Origin: Nitrospinales bacterium
Lineage (GTDB): Bacteria; Nitrospinota; Nitrospinia; Nitrospinales; JAJDAT01
Direction of reading: 5' to 3'
DNA length: 27,797 bases
Assembly: GCA_046757665.1 (NCBI GenBank)
Contig: JBHHYO010000036.1
Location: 1 to 27,797, forward strand
Every line of letters starts with the position of its first letter. Positions within the stretch are counted from its first letter, which is position 1. The notes beneath the pieces were generated by a model. The model did not search any database, had not been told where the DNA came from, and was given only the letters and a program-made list of their open reading frames with translations. The position numbers were made by a program, and so were the translations under genes. Positions 16,743 to 25,305 of this stretch are shown here, piece after piece.

Positions 16743-19520
16743 ATGCAACCTTCTGAAAGTATGCGGACATCAAGAAAATGGATCGTTTTTCTTGGCGTCG
16801 TCATTTTGATCGGATTGATGTTCGCCGAGAAGATCGTCTATTTTTACATAGACCTGCTCTGGTTTGCGAAATACGGGTACCGGTCGGTTTTTCTCACCAT
16901 GTTGACGGCCCAGTTTGGATGCGGTTTGGCGGCGGGCGGCCTGGTTTTTTTCATCACCCACGGAATTCTCCGGTTGGTTTACCATAAAACATCTCATTTG
17001 CCCGTGGTGCTGGCGGACGATATCCGGCGCGAAATTCCCCTCCTTGATTTAATCGCAAGAAACCTGCGGCCGTTGGTCCTGCTTGCTCCCTTGTTGATTG
17101 GAGGAATGACCGGTCTGGTGGCTTCTCAACAATGGGAGCTGGTTTTAAAATATTTGAATGCCGTTGCCTTCAATCAGGCCGATCCCATTTTCGGCAACGA
17201 TTATTCATTTTATTTGTTCACTCTGCCGCTGATTGCGCTGGTCAAGACCATGCTGTGGGAAGTCTGGGTTGTGTCGGCGGTCGGCATCGGTTTGATTTAT
17301 TTTTTCAAGCAGGCCATTGCCCTGACGCCGTCCGGGTTTGTGTTTGAAGCGGAAGCCCGGCGGGCCATTTCGCTTTTGGCGGGATTCGCGTTTCTTTTGC
17401 TGGCGGCGAATTTTTACGTGGCCCGATTCGAAATGCTTTGGGACGGTAGCGGCGTGGTGGCCGGCATCACCTACGCCGACGACCATGGCCGTCTCCCGGT
17501 TTTCAACCTCTCCATCGTTTTGGCGTGCGTGGCGGCGGCAGTCAGCTTTTTGAATGTGTTCATGGCCGATTTCAGAAAAATCTTTCTCGCCGGCGCCGTC
17601 CTGGGGGTGGTTTATATCGGTGGAAACTTTTACCCCACGATCCTGCAAAAATTCATTGTCGCTCCCAACGAATTGATCAAGGAAACCCCTTATATTGAAC
17701 ATACCATCAGCGCCACCAACCGGGCATTCGGCCTGGACAAGGTGGAGGCGCATGAGCTGACCGGAACCTCCGCTCTTTCCGCCGAGGCGATCAAGGCCAA
17801 CAGCCGCACCATAGAGAACATCCGGCTTTGGGACCGGGAGCCTTTGCTGGACACGCTCGGGCAGATTCAGGAAATCCGGACGTATTACCAGTTCGCCGCA
17901 GTGGACAATGATCGTTACAATTTCAACGGCGTGTACCGTCAAACGTTGCTGTCGCCCCGGGAACTGGATTCCAGCAGTCTTCCCAACCGGACGTGGATCA
18001 ATGAACATTTGACGTTCACTCACGGTTATGGCGTGGCGCTGACCCCGGTTCACCAAGTGACGCCCGAGGGCCTGCCGGTCCTGCTCATCAAGGATATCCC
18101 TCCGCAGTCCAGTATCGGCTTGCAGGTGACCCAGCCCGAAATTTATTTCGGCGAACTTGCCAGCAACGAGGTTTTCGTCAATACCGGAACCAAGGAATTC
18201 GATTATCCCGAAGGGGCAAAAAATGTTTACAAAAATTATGAGGGCGAAGGAGGGATTTTCATCAACTCGTTTTTCCGCAAAATGCTGCTGGCCGCCCGTT
18301 TTAAAACCCTGAAAATCATTTTTTCCCAGGACATCCATAACGACAGCCGGGTGTTGATGTACCGGAATATCACGAGCCGCGTTGAAAAAGTCGCGCCATT
18401 CCTCACGCTGGATCGGGACCCTTACCTTGTCATTTCCCACGGGCGGCTGTTTTGGATGTACGATGCCTATACCACAAGCGACCAGTTTCCTTACTCCCAA
18501 AAAATACAGGGCATCGGCAACTACATCAGAAATTCGGTGAAGATCGTCGTCGATGCCTACAACGGCTCGCTGGATTTTTACATCGTCGATCCGGAGGATC
18601 CCGTCATCCTCGCTTACCGCAACATATTTCCCGGCATGTTCAAGAAGATCGGGGAGATGCCGGAAGACCTCAGGAACCATTTGCGGTATCCCACGGACTT
18701 GTTCACGATTCAGACGTTTATTTATACGACCTATCATATGAAGACCCCCCAGGTTTTTTACAACAAGGAAGACCAATGGGAGGTGCCCGAAATCGACAAC
18801 GCGGTCATGCAACCGTATTACACGATTATGAGATTGCCGGGAAAGAAAGACGAGGAATATATTCTCATGTTGCCGTTCACGCCGCGCGGCAAGGGCAATC
18901 TTTCCGCGTGGATGGTGGGCCGTAGCGACGGCGAGGACTATGGCAAGCTGGTGGTTTATACCTTCCCCAAGCAAAGTCTGGTTTACGGGCCGAACCAGAT
19001 CGTTGCCAGAATCAACCAGGATGCTGAAATCTCCAGGCAAATCTCCTTGTGGGACCAACGCGGTTCCAGCGTTATCCAGGGAAATCTGCTGGTGATCCCC
19101 ATTGAGGAATCCTTAATCTACGTTCGTCCCCTCTATTTGAAGGCCGATGCCGGAAAGATTCCGGAACTGAAGCGGGTGATTGTGGGGTATGAGGATCAGA
19201 TTGCCATGGAGCCGACACTGGACCAGGCCCTGCAAAAAATATTTCGTGATCTGCCCGTGTCGTTTCAATCGGAAACGAAAGCTACGGAGCCGACGGCTTC
19301 CATTTCTTCTCCCCGCGCCGAAACCGATACGAAAATCGTCCTGAAGCAGTCGGATTTCCGGAGAATCAAACAGTATTTTCAGAGGGCTCTTGAATCGCAG
19401 AAGCGGTTGGATAAAAACCTGGCGGCTTACCGGCAGGAGTTGGAGGCGCTGGGCAATTCCCTGGATGCCGTTCGGCCGGTCGAGGAGGCGGCGCCGCGGG
19501 AAGCCAAGGGCGACCGCTGA
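16743..19520 (+). CDS. UPF0182 family membrane protein
   Basis: DLLWF...GY, DPIFG.D.SFY.F.LP, NIRLWD, WINEHLTFTHGYG, NYIRNSVK.VVDAYNG, GNLLVIP, PELKRVIV. Start could be 16761. Confidence 0.95.
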   Translation: MQPSESMRTSRKWIVFLGVVILIGLMFAEKIVYFYIDLLWFAKYGYRSVFLTMLTAQFGCGLAAGGLVFFITHGILRLVYHKTSHLPVVLADDIRREIPLLDLIARNLRPLVLLAPLLIGGMTGLVASQQWELVLKYLNAVAFNQADPIFGNDYSFYLFTLPLIALVKTMLWEVWVVSAVGIGLIYFFKQAIALTPSGFVFEAEARRAISLLAGFAFLLLAANFYVARFEMLWDGSGVVAGITYADDHGRLPVFNLSIVLACVAAAVSFLNVFMADFRKIFLAGAVLGVVYIGGNFYPTILQKFIVAPNELIKETPYIEHTISATNRAFGLDKVEAHELTGTSALSAEAIKANSRTIENIRLWDREPLLDTLGQIQEIRTYYQFAAVDNDRYNFNGVYRQTLLSPRELDSSSLPNRTWINEHLTFTHGYGVALTPVHQVTPEGLPVLLIKDIPPQSSIGLQVTQPEIYFGELASNEVFVNTGTKEFDYPEGAKNVYKNYEGEGGIFINSFFRKMLLAARFKTLKIIFSQDIHNDSRVLMYRNITSRVEKVAPFLTLDRDPYLVISHGRLFWMYDAYTTSDQFPYSQKIQGIGNYIRNSVKIVVDAYNGSLDFYIVDPEDPVILAYRNIFPGMFKKIGEMPEDLRNHLRYPTDLFTIQTFIYTTYHMKTPQVFYNKEDQWEVPEIDNAVMQPYYTIMRLPGKKDEEYILMLPFTPRGKGNLSAWMVGRSDGEDYGKLVVYTFPKQSLVYGPNQIVARINQDAEISRQISLWDQRGSSVIQGNLLVIPIEESLIYVRPLYLKADAGKIPELKRVIVGYEDQIAMEPTLDQALQKIFRDLPVSFQSETKATEPTASISSPRAETDTKIVLKQSDFRRIKQYFQRALESQKRLDKNLAAYRQELEALGNSLDAVRPVEEAAPREAKGDR

Positions 19521-19571
19521 AAAACTCCTGCCGAGCTTGTCGCAACAGAACACTACTTTATAGGTGGGTTA

Positions 19572-19603
19572 GAAAAGGATGCGGGGTGTCCCGCATCCTT
19601 TTC
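19572..19603. terminator. Bidirectional intrinsic terminator between convergent genes
   Basis: Perfect 14-bp inverted repeat GAAAAGGATGCGGG-gtgt-CCCGCATCCTTTTC. Confidence 0.85.
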
Positions 19604-19614
19604 CTGGTCCGGTT

Positions 19615-19848
19615 TTAGTCATCCCTGCCATGACCACGTCCGCGGCCTTTTTTGTCGTCCGGCGCGGCGCCGTCATCGGCTCCCCGGCGATAGTTGACGA
19701 GGCTGTCATCCGCATTGAGGGCGGCCATCAAGCTGAAAGACTTGGGGGTGTCCACCGCCGCCGATTTTATGTTGGTAGCCTTGGCGAATGCGGTGTTGCA
19801 GAAAAGAAATACGAACAGGGTTGCCAACAATACTTTGATTCCTCTCAT
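19615..19848 (-). CDS. Small secreted peptide with RRGADD...GRGRG.GRDD tail
   Basis: GGAAGGAG RBS. Sec signal ending AFA. 77 aa. Terminator lies 12 nt after the stop. Confidence 0.85.
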   Translation of the reverse strand: MRGIKVLLATLFVFLFCNTAFAKATNIKSAAVDTPKSFSLMAALNADDSLVNYRRGADDGAAPDDKKGRGRGHGRDD

Positions 19849-19945
19849 GAATTTCTCCTTCCAAAAAAGAAGTTTGTTGGAGTGGGCGGTTTAAAAGCCC
19901 TCACCGTGAATTTGGGATGAAAATCATCCCATTGAAACAAGAGCA

Positions 19946-19991
19946 ATGATAAGTATTCGTTGGTGGTTTTTCCGTGACGTGAGTCACATTT
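19946..19991 (-). promoter_or_regulatory. CRP box (core 19973-19988) with candidate -10 TATCAT (19951-19946), class II promoter geometry
   Basis: Minus strand reads AAATGTGActcacgTCACGGAA versus consensus AAATGTGAtctagaTCACATTT. The centre, 19980.5, is -41.5 if TATCAT is -12 to -7. Confidence 0.7.
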
Positions 19992-20673
19992 CTTGAATTA
20001 TTTCTTCTTTGAGGAGAGATTCATTTAAGATGGTGACCTTTTTCCCTTCCAGTTTCAAATATCCTCTGGCTTGCAGATCGTAGAGTACGCGGGTCAAGGT
20101 TTCTCTGGAAAGCGCGGTTAAATTTGCCAACTCCTGCCGGCCAAACCTCAGGTTTAAAACAATAGAAGCGTTTTCCCGTTTCCCTTCGCTGGTTGCGAGT
20201 TCGAGCAAAACGTGCGCGACTTTGCCGGAGGCGTCGGAAAAAGTCAGTCTGGCAACCTGCTCGCTGGTCTTGCGCAGGCGGCGGCAAAGCGAGATCGTGA
20301 TTTCCAGGATGATGGTGGGATATTTTTTGATGAGGCGAATGAAATCATTTCGGGATATGGTGAGCGCCTTGACGGGCTCCAGCGCGGTGACGGTGGCGGA
20401 GCGATAATGACCGTCCAGCAACGACATTTCTCCGAAAAAGTCGTTTGCATAAAGTATGCTCAGCGTTGTTTCCTTTCCGTCCGCTCCGATCAGCGAGATC
20501 TTTGCCGCTCCCGATATCAGGACAAATAAAGTGTCCCCCGGGTCGCCCTGGGTAAAGATCACCTCGTGTTTTTTGAAGGATTTTTTTTGGCTGATCGTGG
20601 AGATTTCTTCGAGGTGTTTGTCCTCCAGGGAGGAAAAAATAGAAACTTGTTTGAGAATGTCTGGTGATCTCAC
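19984..20673 (-). CDS. Crp/Fnr family regulator, CRP-type cNMP-binding
   Basis: IFTQGDPGD, FFGEMSLL...RSATV (phosphate-binding cassette), HTH RQELANLTALSRETLTRVL, no FNR Cys cluster. GTG 20673 after GGGTGG preferred over TTG 20700. Confidence 0.92.
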   Translation of the reverse strand: MRSPDILKQVSIFSSLEDKHLEEISTISQKKSFKKHEVIFTQGDPGDTLFVLISGAAKISLIGADGKETTLSILYANDFFGEMSLLDGHYRSATVTALEPVKALTISRNDFIRLIKKYPTIILEITISLCRRLRKTSEQVARLTFSDASGKVAHVLLELATSEGKRENASIVLNLRFGRQELANLTALSRETLTRVLYDLQARGYLKLEGKKVTILNESLLKEEIIQEM

Positions 20674-20684
20674 GAGGAAACCAC

Positions 20685-20757
20685 CCGGCTCGCGGGCCAA
20701 GCGGTCCGCGAACCGGGGTTTGAAGTTTCACAATATCCACGAATGGATTTGCGGAAA
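20685..20757 (-). other. Two intergenic stem-loops without a U-tract
   Basis: Minus strand: GTTT.CGCAA-ATCCA-TTCG-TGGAT-a-TTGTG-AAAC, then CCGGTTCGCGG-N10-CCGCGAGCCGG (20716-20685). Confidence 0.55.
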
Positions 20758-20764
20758 CCTGTTG

Positions 20765-22813
20765 TTAAAGGTTAACGTCAACAGGCGCCGGACAACTGAC
20801 GATCATGTTCGGCCCCGCCGGCGTTCCAAACTCGCCCATGCGGAGACCGCCGGGAGTTTCGGTTTCCAGGATCAGACCCAGGTCTTTCAGGTCATCCAGG
20901 TGCCGGATGTTGCGGATAAGCCGGGAGCCTTGATCGTCCAGGGGAAGATCGGCGGTTCCCGTGATTTCCGCGAGCCACTGCGCGTTGCATTGCGCGCCCA
21001 GATTCTTCATCTGCAAGCCCATGAACTTTCTGGCCTGCCAGATGGGAGCGAATGGAGGCACACAACTTCCATCACCCGTGCCGGCGCCTTGTAGCCCCGC
21101 CGCATTGAGGGGGTTCCCGGTGCCGTTCGGGAAACTGGAACTGCCGGGTACCTGAAGGCTGACGTTGCATTTGTCTTTGGCCATGGCCGTATGCAACGCG
21201 CCCCGGTTCGGTGTTGGCGTCACCAAAAAATTGTCGTCGCCTACAAGCAAACCGTTGGGGTCATCCTTGCAGTTGTAGAACAGGAAGGAGACATGCCACA
21301 TGGGCGTGTACCGACCTATGCCGCCGCGGTAGGACTCCAGACCGTGCTGGAAACGCCCCGGCCCGCCGGCCTGCTCAAACCTGCCGGTGTCGAACTGGAT
21401 GACTCGGCCCACGGCCCGGTTTTTGTCCGTATAGGGGCCCATCTTGGCCAGCTTGGGAGCCCAGATGTTGCCCAACACGGAGGCGGCGCGGCCCTTGGAC
21501 ATTTCCCAGGGGATATAGTAGGGATGATCGCCATCGGTCATGTAACTGCCTTGTTGCAGTTTCTTGACTACGTTGGGGGTCGGTACGCCCGCCGAGGCGG
21601 CGATGGGACCTTGCGAGTCGATATTGATCTCCAGGGTCTGGCCGCCCTTGTAGCGGTCCGCCCAGGTTTCGTTGTAGCACTCGCCGCTCATGGTAGGCCC
21701 GCCGCCGTAGAGACTGAAAGGATTTGGCGGATTCTTGCGGATCAACGGGTCACAACCGCCCTTGTCGACGATCAACCGCTGATTCGGTTTGTCGCCCCAC
21801 TGGACGTAGGAAACGTTCACGGTGACGTCCTTGCCGTTCCACCGCAGGCGCTTCAGCGGCGAGAAGTTGGAGGCCATCGGGCCAGTAACGCCAAACGGTC
21901 CTTTCGCCGGCAGTGCATTTATCAGCACGCGCTCGGCGACGCAACCGTTTGCGTTGATAACGAGACCGAGTTCGTTAAACTTGGGAATATCGGCCGGCGT
22001 CAAAGGCGTAACGCCGTCCGCCCGCGTGTAACAAGCGGCTTCGTCCGGGTTGGTGGTCGAGGTTTCCGCAACCAGTTTCAGAAATACCGACACTCTTTCC
22101 AGAAACGTTGCAGGAGGTCCACCGCCGCCCAGTGGGGGCGGGCCAATAAGAGGTTTTGCAACATTTGTTTCAGGGTCGATATTTGGGACGAGCATCCCGG
22201 CTAATGGACCGACACTGCTGTTGGCCTTGTAATACAAAGGAACGCCGTCAGGCCCCGGTTTCAGAAAATTCGTCGTACCCGGGTCGTTGAAAAATACCCA
22301 GCGGTCGGGCTCCGCCAAATCCGGGTGGAACTCGAAATCCGAACCCGCGACGGTGGTGATCACTCCCGTGTCCGGGTCGTCAACGTCGAAGGTTTCCCCA
22401 GACTGGAACTCCATTGCTCCCGCCTTGGTCATTTTCAGGTTATTGGCTATCAGGGTAACTCCAAACTCCTGGGCGAAATTTCCTTCGTCCGTGTCCGAAA
22501 GAACAAAATACACGGTTCGGTCCGGATTAACCCCGTTAGGGTCCCTGAGGATACCGGTGTGGAGCGGGTAGGTGATGGTCCCGCGATGCGGTACGCCATT
22601 GTTATGCTTGATCGTTACTCCATTGATGGAACCGTCCGTGCCCGCTATGGGGGCGACCATGGGTCCATGTCCAAAATCCCAGACGCCGTTCCACGCGCCG
22701 GCGTTTTGATTTTCCTGTACGCTTGGCGCTCCGGCAAAAGCGGGCATTGCCAAGGCCATCGCCACGCCGGCGACGGTCAACAGGCAAAACACTTTTCGCA
22801 AACTGCTTTTCAT
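20765..22813 (-). CDS. Large secreted hypothetical protein (682 aa) with two related modules, DUF7482-like
   Basis: AGGAGG RBS. Signal peptide ending PAFA. Motifs VYFVLSD..FAQEFGV, NFSPL, YYI..E.S...A.VLG.IWAPKLA, GGPGRFQ, YTPMWHV, IVSCP. The family label is recalled, not searched. Confidence 0.85.
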   Translation of the reverse strand: MKSSLRKVFCLLTVAGVAMALAMPAFAGAPSVQENQNAGAWNGVWDFGHGPMVAPIAGTDGSINGVTIKHNNGVPHRGTITYPLHTGILRDPNGVNPDRTVYFVLSDTDEGNFAQEFGVTLIANNLKMTKAGAMEFQSGETFDVDDPDTGVITTVAGSDFEFHPDLAEPDRWVFFNDPGTTNFLKPGPDGVPLYYKANSSVGPLAGMLVPNIDPETNVAKPLIGPPPLGGGGPPATFLERVSVFLKLVAETSTTNPDEAACYTRADGVTPLTPADIPKFNELGLVINANGCVAERVLINALPAKGPFGVTGPMASNFSPLKRLRWNGKDVTVNVSYVQWGDKPNQRLIVDKGGCDPLIRKNPPNPFSLYGGGPTMSGECYNETWADRYKGGQTLEINIDSQGPIAASAGVPTPNVVKKLQQGSYMTDGDHPYYIPWEMSKGRAASVLGNIWAPKLAKMGPYTDKNRAVGRVIQFDTGRFEQAGGPGRFQHGLESYRGGIGRYTPMWHVSFLFYNCKDDPNGLLVGDDNFLVTPTPNRGALHTAMAKDKCNVSLQVPGSSSFPNGTGNPLNAAGLQGAGTGDGSCVPPFAPIWQARKFMGLQMKNLGAQCNAQWLAEITGTADLPLDDQGSRLIRNIRHLDDLKDLGLILETETPGGLRMGEFGTPAGPNMIVSCPAPVDVNL

Positions 22814-22975
22814 GATGAGCTTCCTCCTGTTTGAAATGATGATGAAGTAATACTTTTGTGAAACAACTACTGGATGGAACAACCCCTTGAAGCACAGGGG
22901 AATCGGCTTCATGCCGTGGTTTTTATCGGTGTTTCTCTCGGAGCTTGACGTTTCGTTTTATATTTCCGGGTTCAA

Positions 22976-23827
22976 TTAAAGAAAAACCCGAGCGGCTTCT
23001 TCAAAACGTGTAACCACTCCCCGCATGATTGTGGAAATGAATATGCTTTCTCCCACTTGGGAGGCCTTCAGGGCGTGTTCGTCCAAGGGAGGAATAAAGG
23101 TTTCGTGACCGATGTCCTTGTCGAGGGCCTTGGCGATGATGTCCGCTATGTGGATGACGGATGCCGCCAGGGAGTGAGTATTCGCCTCTCCCGGTTTATG
23201 GTGATGGGCCGCGGTTTCCACGTGGATTTCCGGCAAATTCCAGGTCCTTAAAAGAGCGTCTCCCACGGCGGCGTGGTCGAAACCCAATACTTCAGATTCC
23301 GCGGTGTGTAGAAGGCAGTCTTTGGATTTGCTCAAATTAAATGCTTCAAGGGCTTGTTCCGGCGCCTTCAGGCAGATTGCCAGTTGACCGATGTCGTGCA
23401 ACAGACCCGCGACGAAGAAGCGTTCGGGGTTCAGTTCGTTTTTGTAGGAAGCGATGAGGCGGGCGGCAAGTCCGCAGGCGAGATTGTGTTCCCAAAAAGC
23501 CCGCATATTCATTACGCTGTCCGGGGTTTCCCGGAATTGATCGATAACAAGCGTGGAAAGAACCAGATCGCTCAACTGATCCAGTCCGATAATGCCGATG
23601 GCGTGGGAGATGGTGACTATCTGATTTGGGAACCCGTAAAAAGTGCTGTTGACGATTCTCAGAAGACGGCACGTGAGGGCCGGGTCGCGGCTGATGACTT
23701 CGCTGACGTCAAAAAATGAGCTTTCGGGGTCCTCAATTACTTCCTTGATCTGAAAGAAAATTGCCGGTAGTGCGGCAAGTTGTTTGTCCCCCTCAATCAA
23801 ATCTTGGATGCTGGCGGTAATTTCCAC
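22976..23827 (-). CDS. Stand-alone HDOD-domain protein
   Basis: GGGAGG RBS plus GTG. ISRDPALTCRLLRIVNS.FYG, FWEH, AGLLHDIG, FDHA.VG..L...WNLP, HH.P. Confidence 0.93.
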   Translation of the reverse strand: MEITASIQDLIEGDKQLAALPAIFFQIKEVIEDPESSFFDVSEVISRDPALTCRLLRIVNSTFYGFPNQIVTISHAIGIIGLDQLSDLVLSTLVIDQFRETPDSVMNMRAFWEHNLACGLAARLIASYKNELNPERFFVAGLLHDIGQLAICLKAPEQALEAFNLSKSKDCLLHTAESEVLGFDHAAVGDALLRTWNLPEIHVETAAHHHKPGEANTHSLAASVIHIADIIAKALDKDIGHETFIPPLDEHALKASQVGESIFISTIMRGVVTRFEEAARVFL

Positions 23828-24248
23828 TTTCCTCCCTAAAAATCGGGGTTTCAGGATGTTCCAAAGAAATAATCACCGGGTTTAGCACAAAAAATCCGAC
23901 CGGCAAATCGCCGGAACACTATTTTTTTTGTAACGAAAATTGAAAGTTTTGCCTTCGATTTTCCGACAAAAAAAATTTGTATGGAGATAGAACCCCGCAA
24001 TCAATCCTGCGGACTTTTCTAATAGGTTGTTTTTTAAGGAAGTGATTTGTGTTTATTTAGGAGTGTGCGTGTGAATATTTTGTCGTTTTTTTGATGACGT
24101 GTTGTCGTTGGGAGGGATGGTTGGCAATGGTTAGCGGGAATGAACTTAATGAAATTTTGCTTTACGGACACAAAGATGCGGCGCGCAAAAAAAACTTTTG
24201 CTCTGTTCAAACAAGGTTGTGGATATTTGATGGTCTGCCGTCAAATCG

Positions 24249-24277
24249 TTGAGTTTTCCTTATACGACGGTTATAAT
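24249..24277 (+). promoter_or_regulatory. Candidate sigma70 promoter for the gene at 24344
   Basis: TTGAGT(24249-24254), 17-nt spacer, TATAAT(24272-24277). Confidence 0.6.
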
Positions 24278-24343
24278 TTTTTCATTGAACAAATGGCAAT
24301 GGCGGGATTCTTTGCCGCAAAAATTTAGTTAAAGGTATTCTCG

Positions 24344-25072
24344 ATGGGTTCAGGAAGACTGGATCGTCCGGGTAAGCAGGGTTGGCTGGTTCAAGCGGTA
24401 TTAACCCTGTGTTTGTTGTGGCTGTCGGCGCCGGCGGCCGCGGAGTTTGTTTCCCTGCCTGAAAGCGGACCCACTTTTGTTGACGACGAGGAAGTCGGTT
24501 CTTCTCCCCGGGGAATCGGGATCCATGTGCAAAACAAACTCCTGCGGGATGTTTTGCAACGGATCCAAAATGAAAGCGGGATTCACTTCCAGCTTCAGGA
24601 AAAGATGTTGGCCGATAGTATCACCGCGAATTTTGTCGCTTCGGATTGGACGTCGGCGGTGCGCAGGATGTTGCGGAATTTCAGCCGGCTCGAGGTTTGG
24701 GATGAGGACGGGTTGAGTTTCGTTCTACTGCTGAAAAGCGAGGAATATTCCACGGCGCTCAACCGGAACGCGGACTGGATGATAAAGGTGAAGCGAACGG
24801 GGAATAAAGGGAAGAAGACGAAACATGTCATAAGAGGAAGAAAATTTGAAATATTCCTTTCCGAAAAAGAACTCCTGGAACTTATCAAGGAACCCAGCGA
24901 TGTGCCTATACCCGACTACTTTATTAAAGATTTGCAGTACAGAAAGTTTCTGGAGCAGTTCGGCTTTGAATCGCTGGAGGACGTGTTTGACATTCATAAT
25001 ACCCGGACCGTGCGCCTTGAAGTAATACGGCAATTGCAGGAATTGAAAAAACAAAATGAGTCGGGGAAATAA
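24344..25072 (+). CDS. Exported hypothetical protein with a secretin/TonB N-terminal (STN)-like domain
   Basis: Signal peptide ending APAAA. IHVQNKLLRDVLQRIQNESGIHF...ITANF....W.SAVRRML fits the STN-like pattern. Confidence 0.75.
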   Translation: MGSGRLDRPGKQGWLVQAVLTLCLLWLSAPAAAEFVSLPESGPTFVDDEEVGSSPRGIGIHVQNKLLRDVLQRIQNESGIHFQLQEKMLADSITANFVASDWTSAVRRMLRNFSRLEVWDEDGLSFVLLLKSEEYSTALNRNADWMIKVKRTGNKGKKTKHVIRGRKFEIFLSEKELLELIKEPSDVPIPDYFIKDLQYRKFLEQFGFESLEDVFDIHNTRTVRLEVIRQLQELKKQNESGK

Positions 25073-25165
25073 ATTCTTACTTATTCCCTGAAGCTTGTGT
25101 CGCTTCCTTTCATTTCCGCCCCCCCTTGACGGAAAAGTTTGTACTCTCTCTTCTTGGGCAAAAAA

Positions 25166-25211
25166 AAAATGCCTGGTTCGCAAGTCATTCGGCTTGCTCG
25201 CCAGGCATTTT
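25166..25211. terminator. Probable bidirectional intrinsic terminator
   Basis: AAAATGCCTGG...GCAAG-loop-CTTGC...CCAGGCATTTT, with an A10 run on the left and TTTTGTTT on the right, between convergent genes. Confidence 0.75.
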
Positions 25212-25241
25212 GTTTATGCGTTGGTTTCAATCAAAGAGACC

Positions 25242-25277
25242 GTTGCGGCGGGTGAGGTTGTCATCACCCGCCGCAAC
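25242..25277. repeat. Perfect 14-bp inverted repeat just 3' of the 728-aa gene
   Basis: GTTGCGGCGGGTGA-N8-TCACCCGCCGCAAC. Confidence 0.8.
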
Positions 25278-25305
25278 TTCGTTCCAATATCACCCATGCC
25301 GTTTC

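Noticed and set aside
17205-19058. 617-aa minus-strand ORF
   Set aside because: Antisense shadow of the UPF0182 gene.
19984-20673. FNR-type oxygen sensor
   Set aside because: No Fe-S Cys ligand set. The cNMP cassette and RE..R helix are CRP-like.
21191-22204. 337-aa plus-strand ORF
   Set aside because: Antisense to the 682-aa gene, which has an RBS, signal peptide and motifs.
22814-22912. 33-aa N-terminal extension of the 682-aa gene; also the longer starts at 27546, 11173 and 12494
   Set aside because: Downstream ATGs have clear SD sequences and give canonical signal peptides or N-termini.
24121-24320. Sigma54 promoters at TGGCA motifs
   Set aside because: GG-N10-GC spacing is not satisfied.
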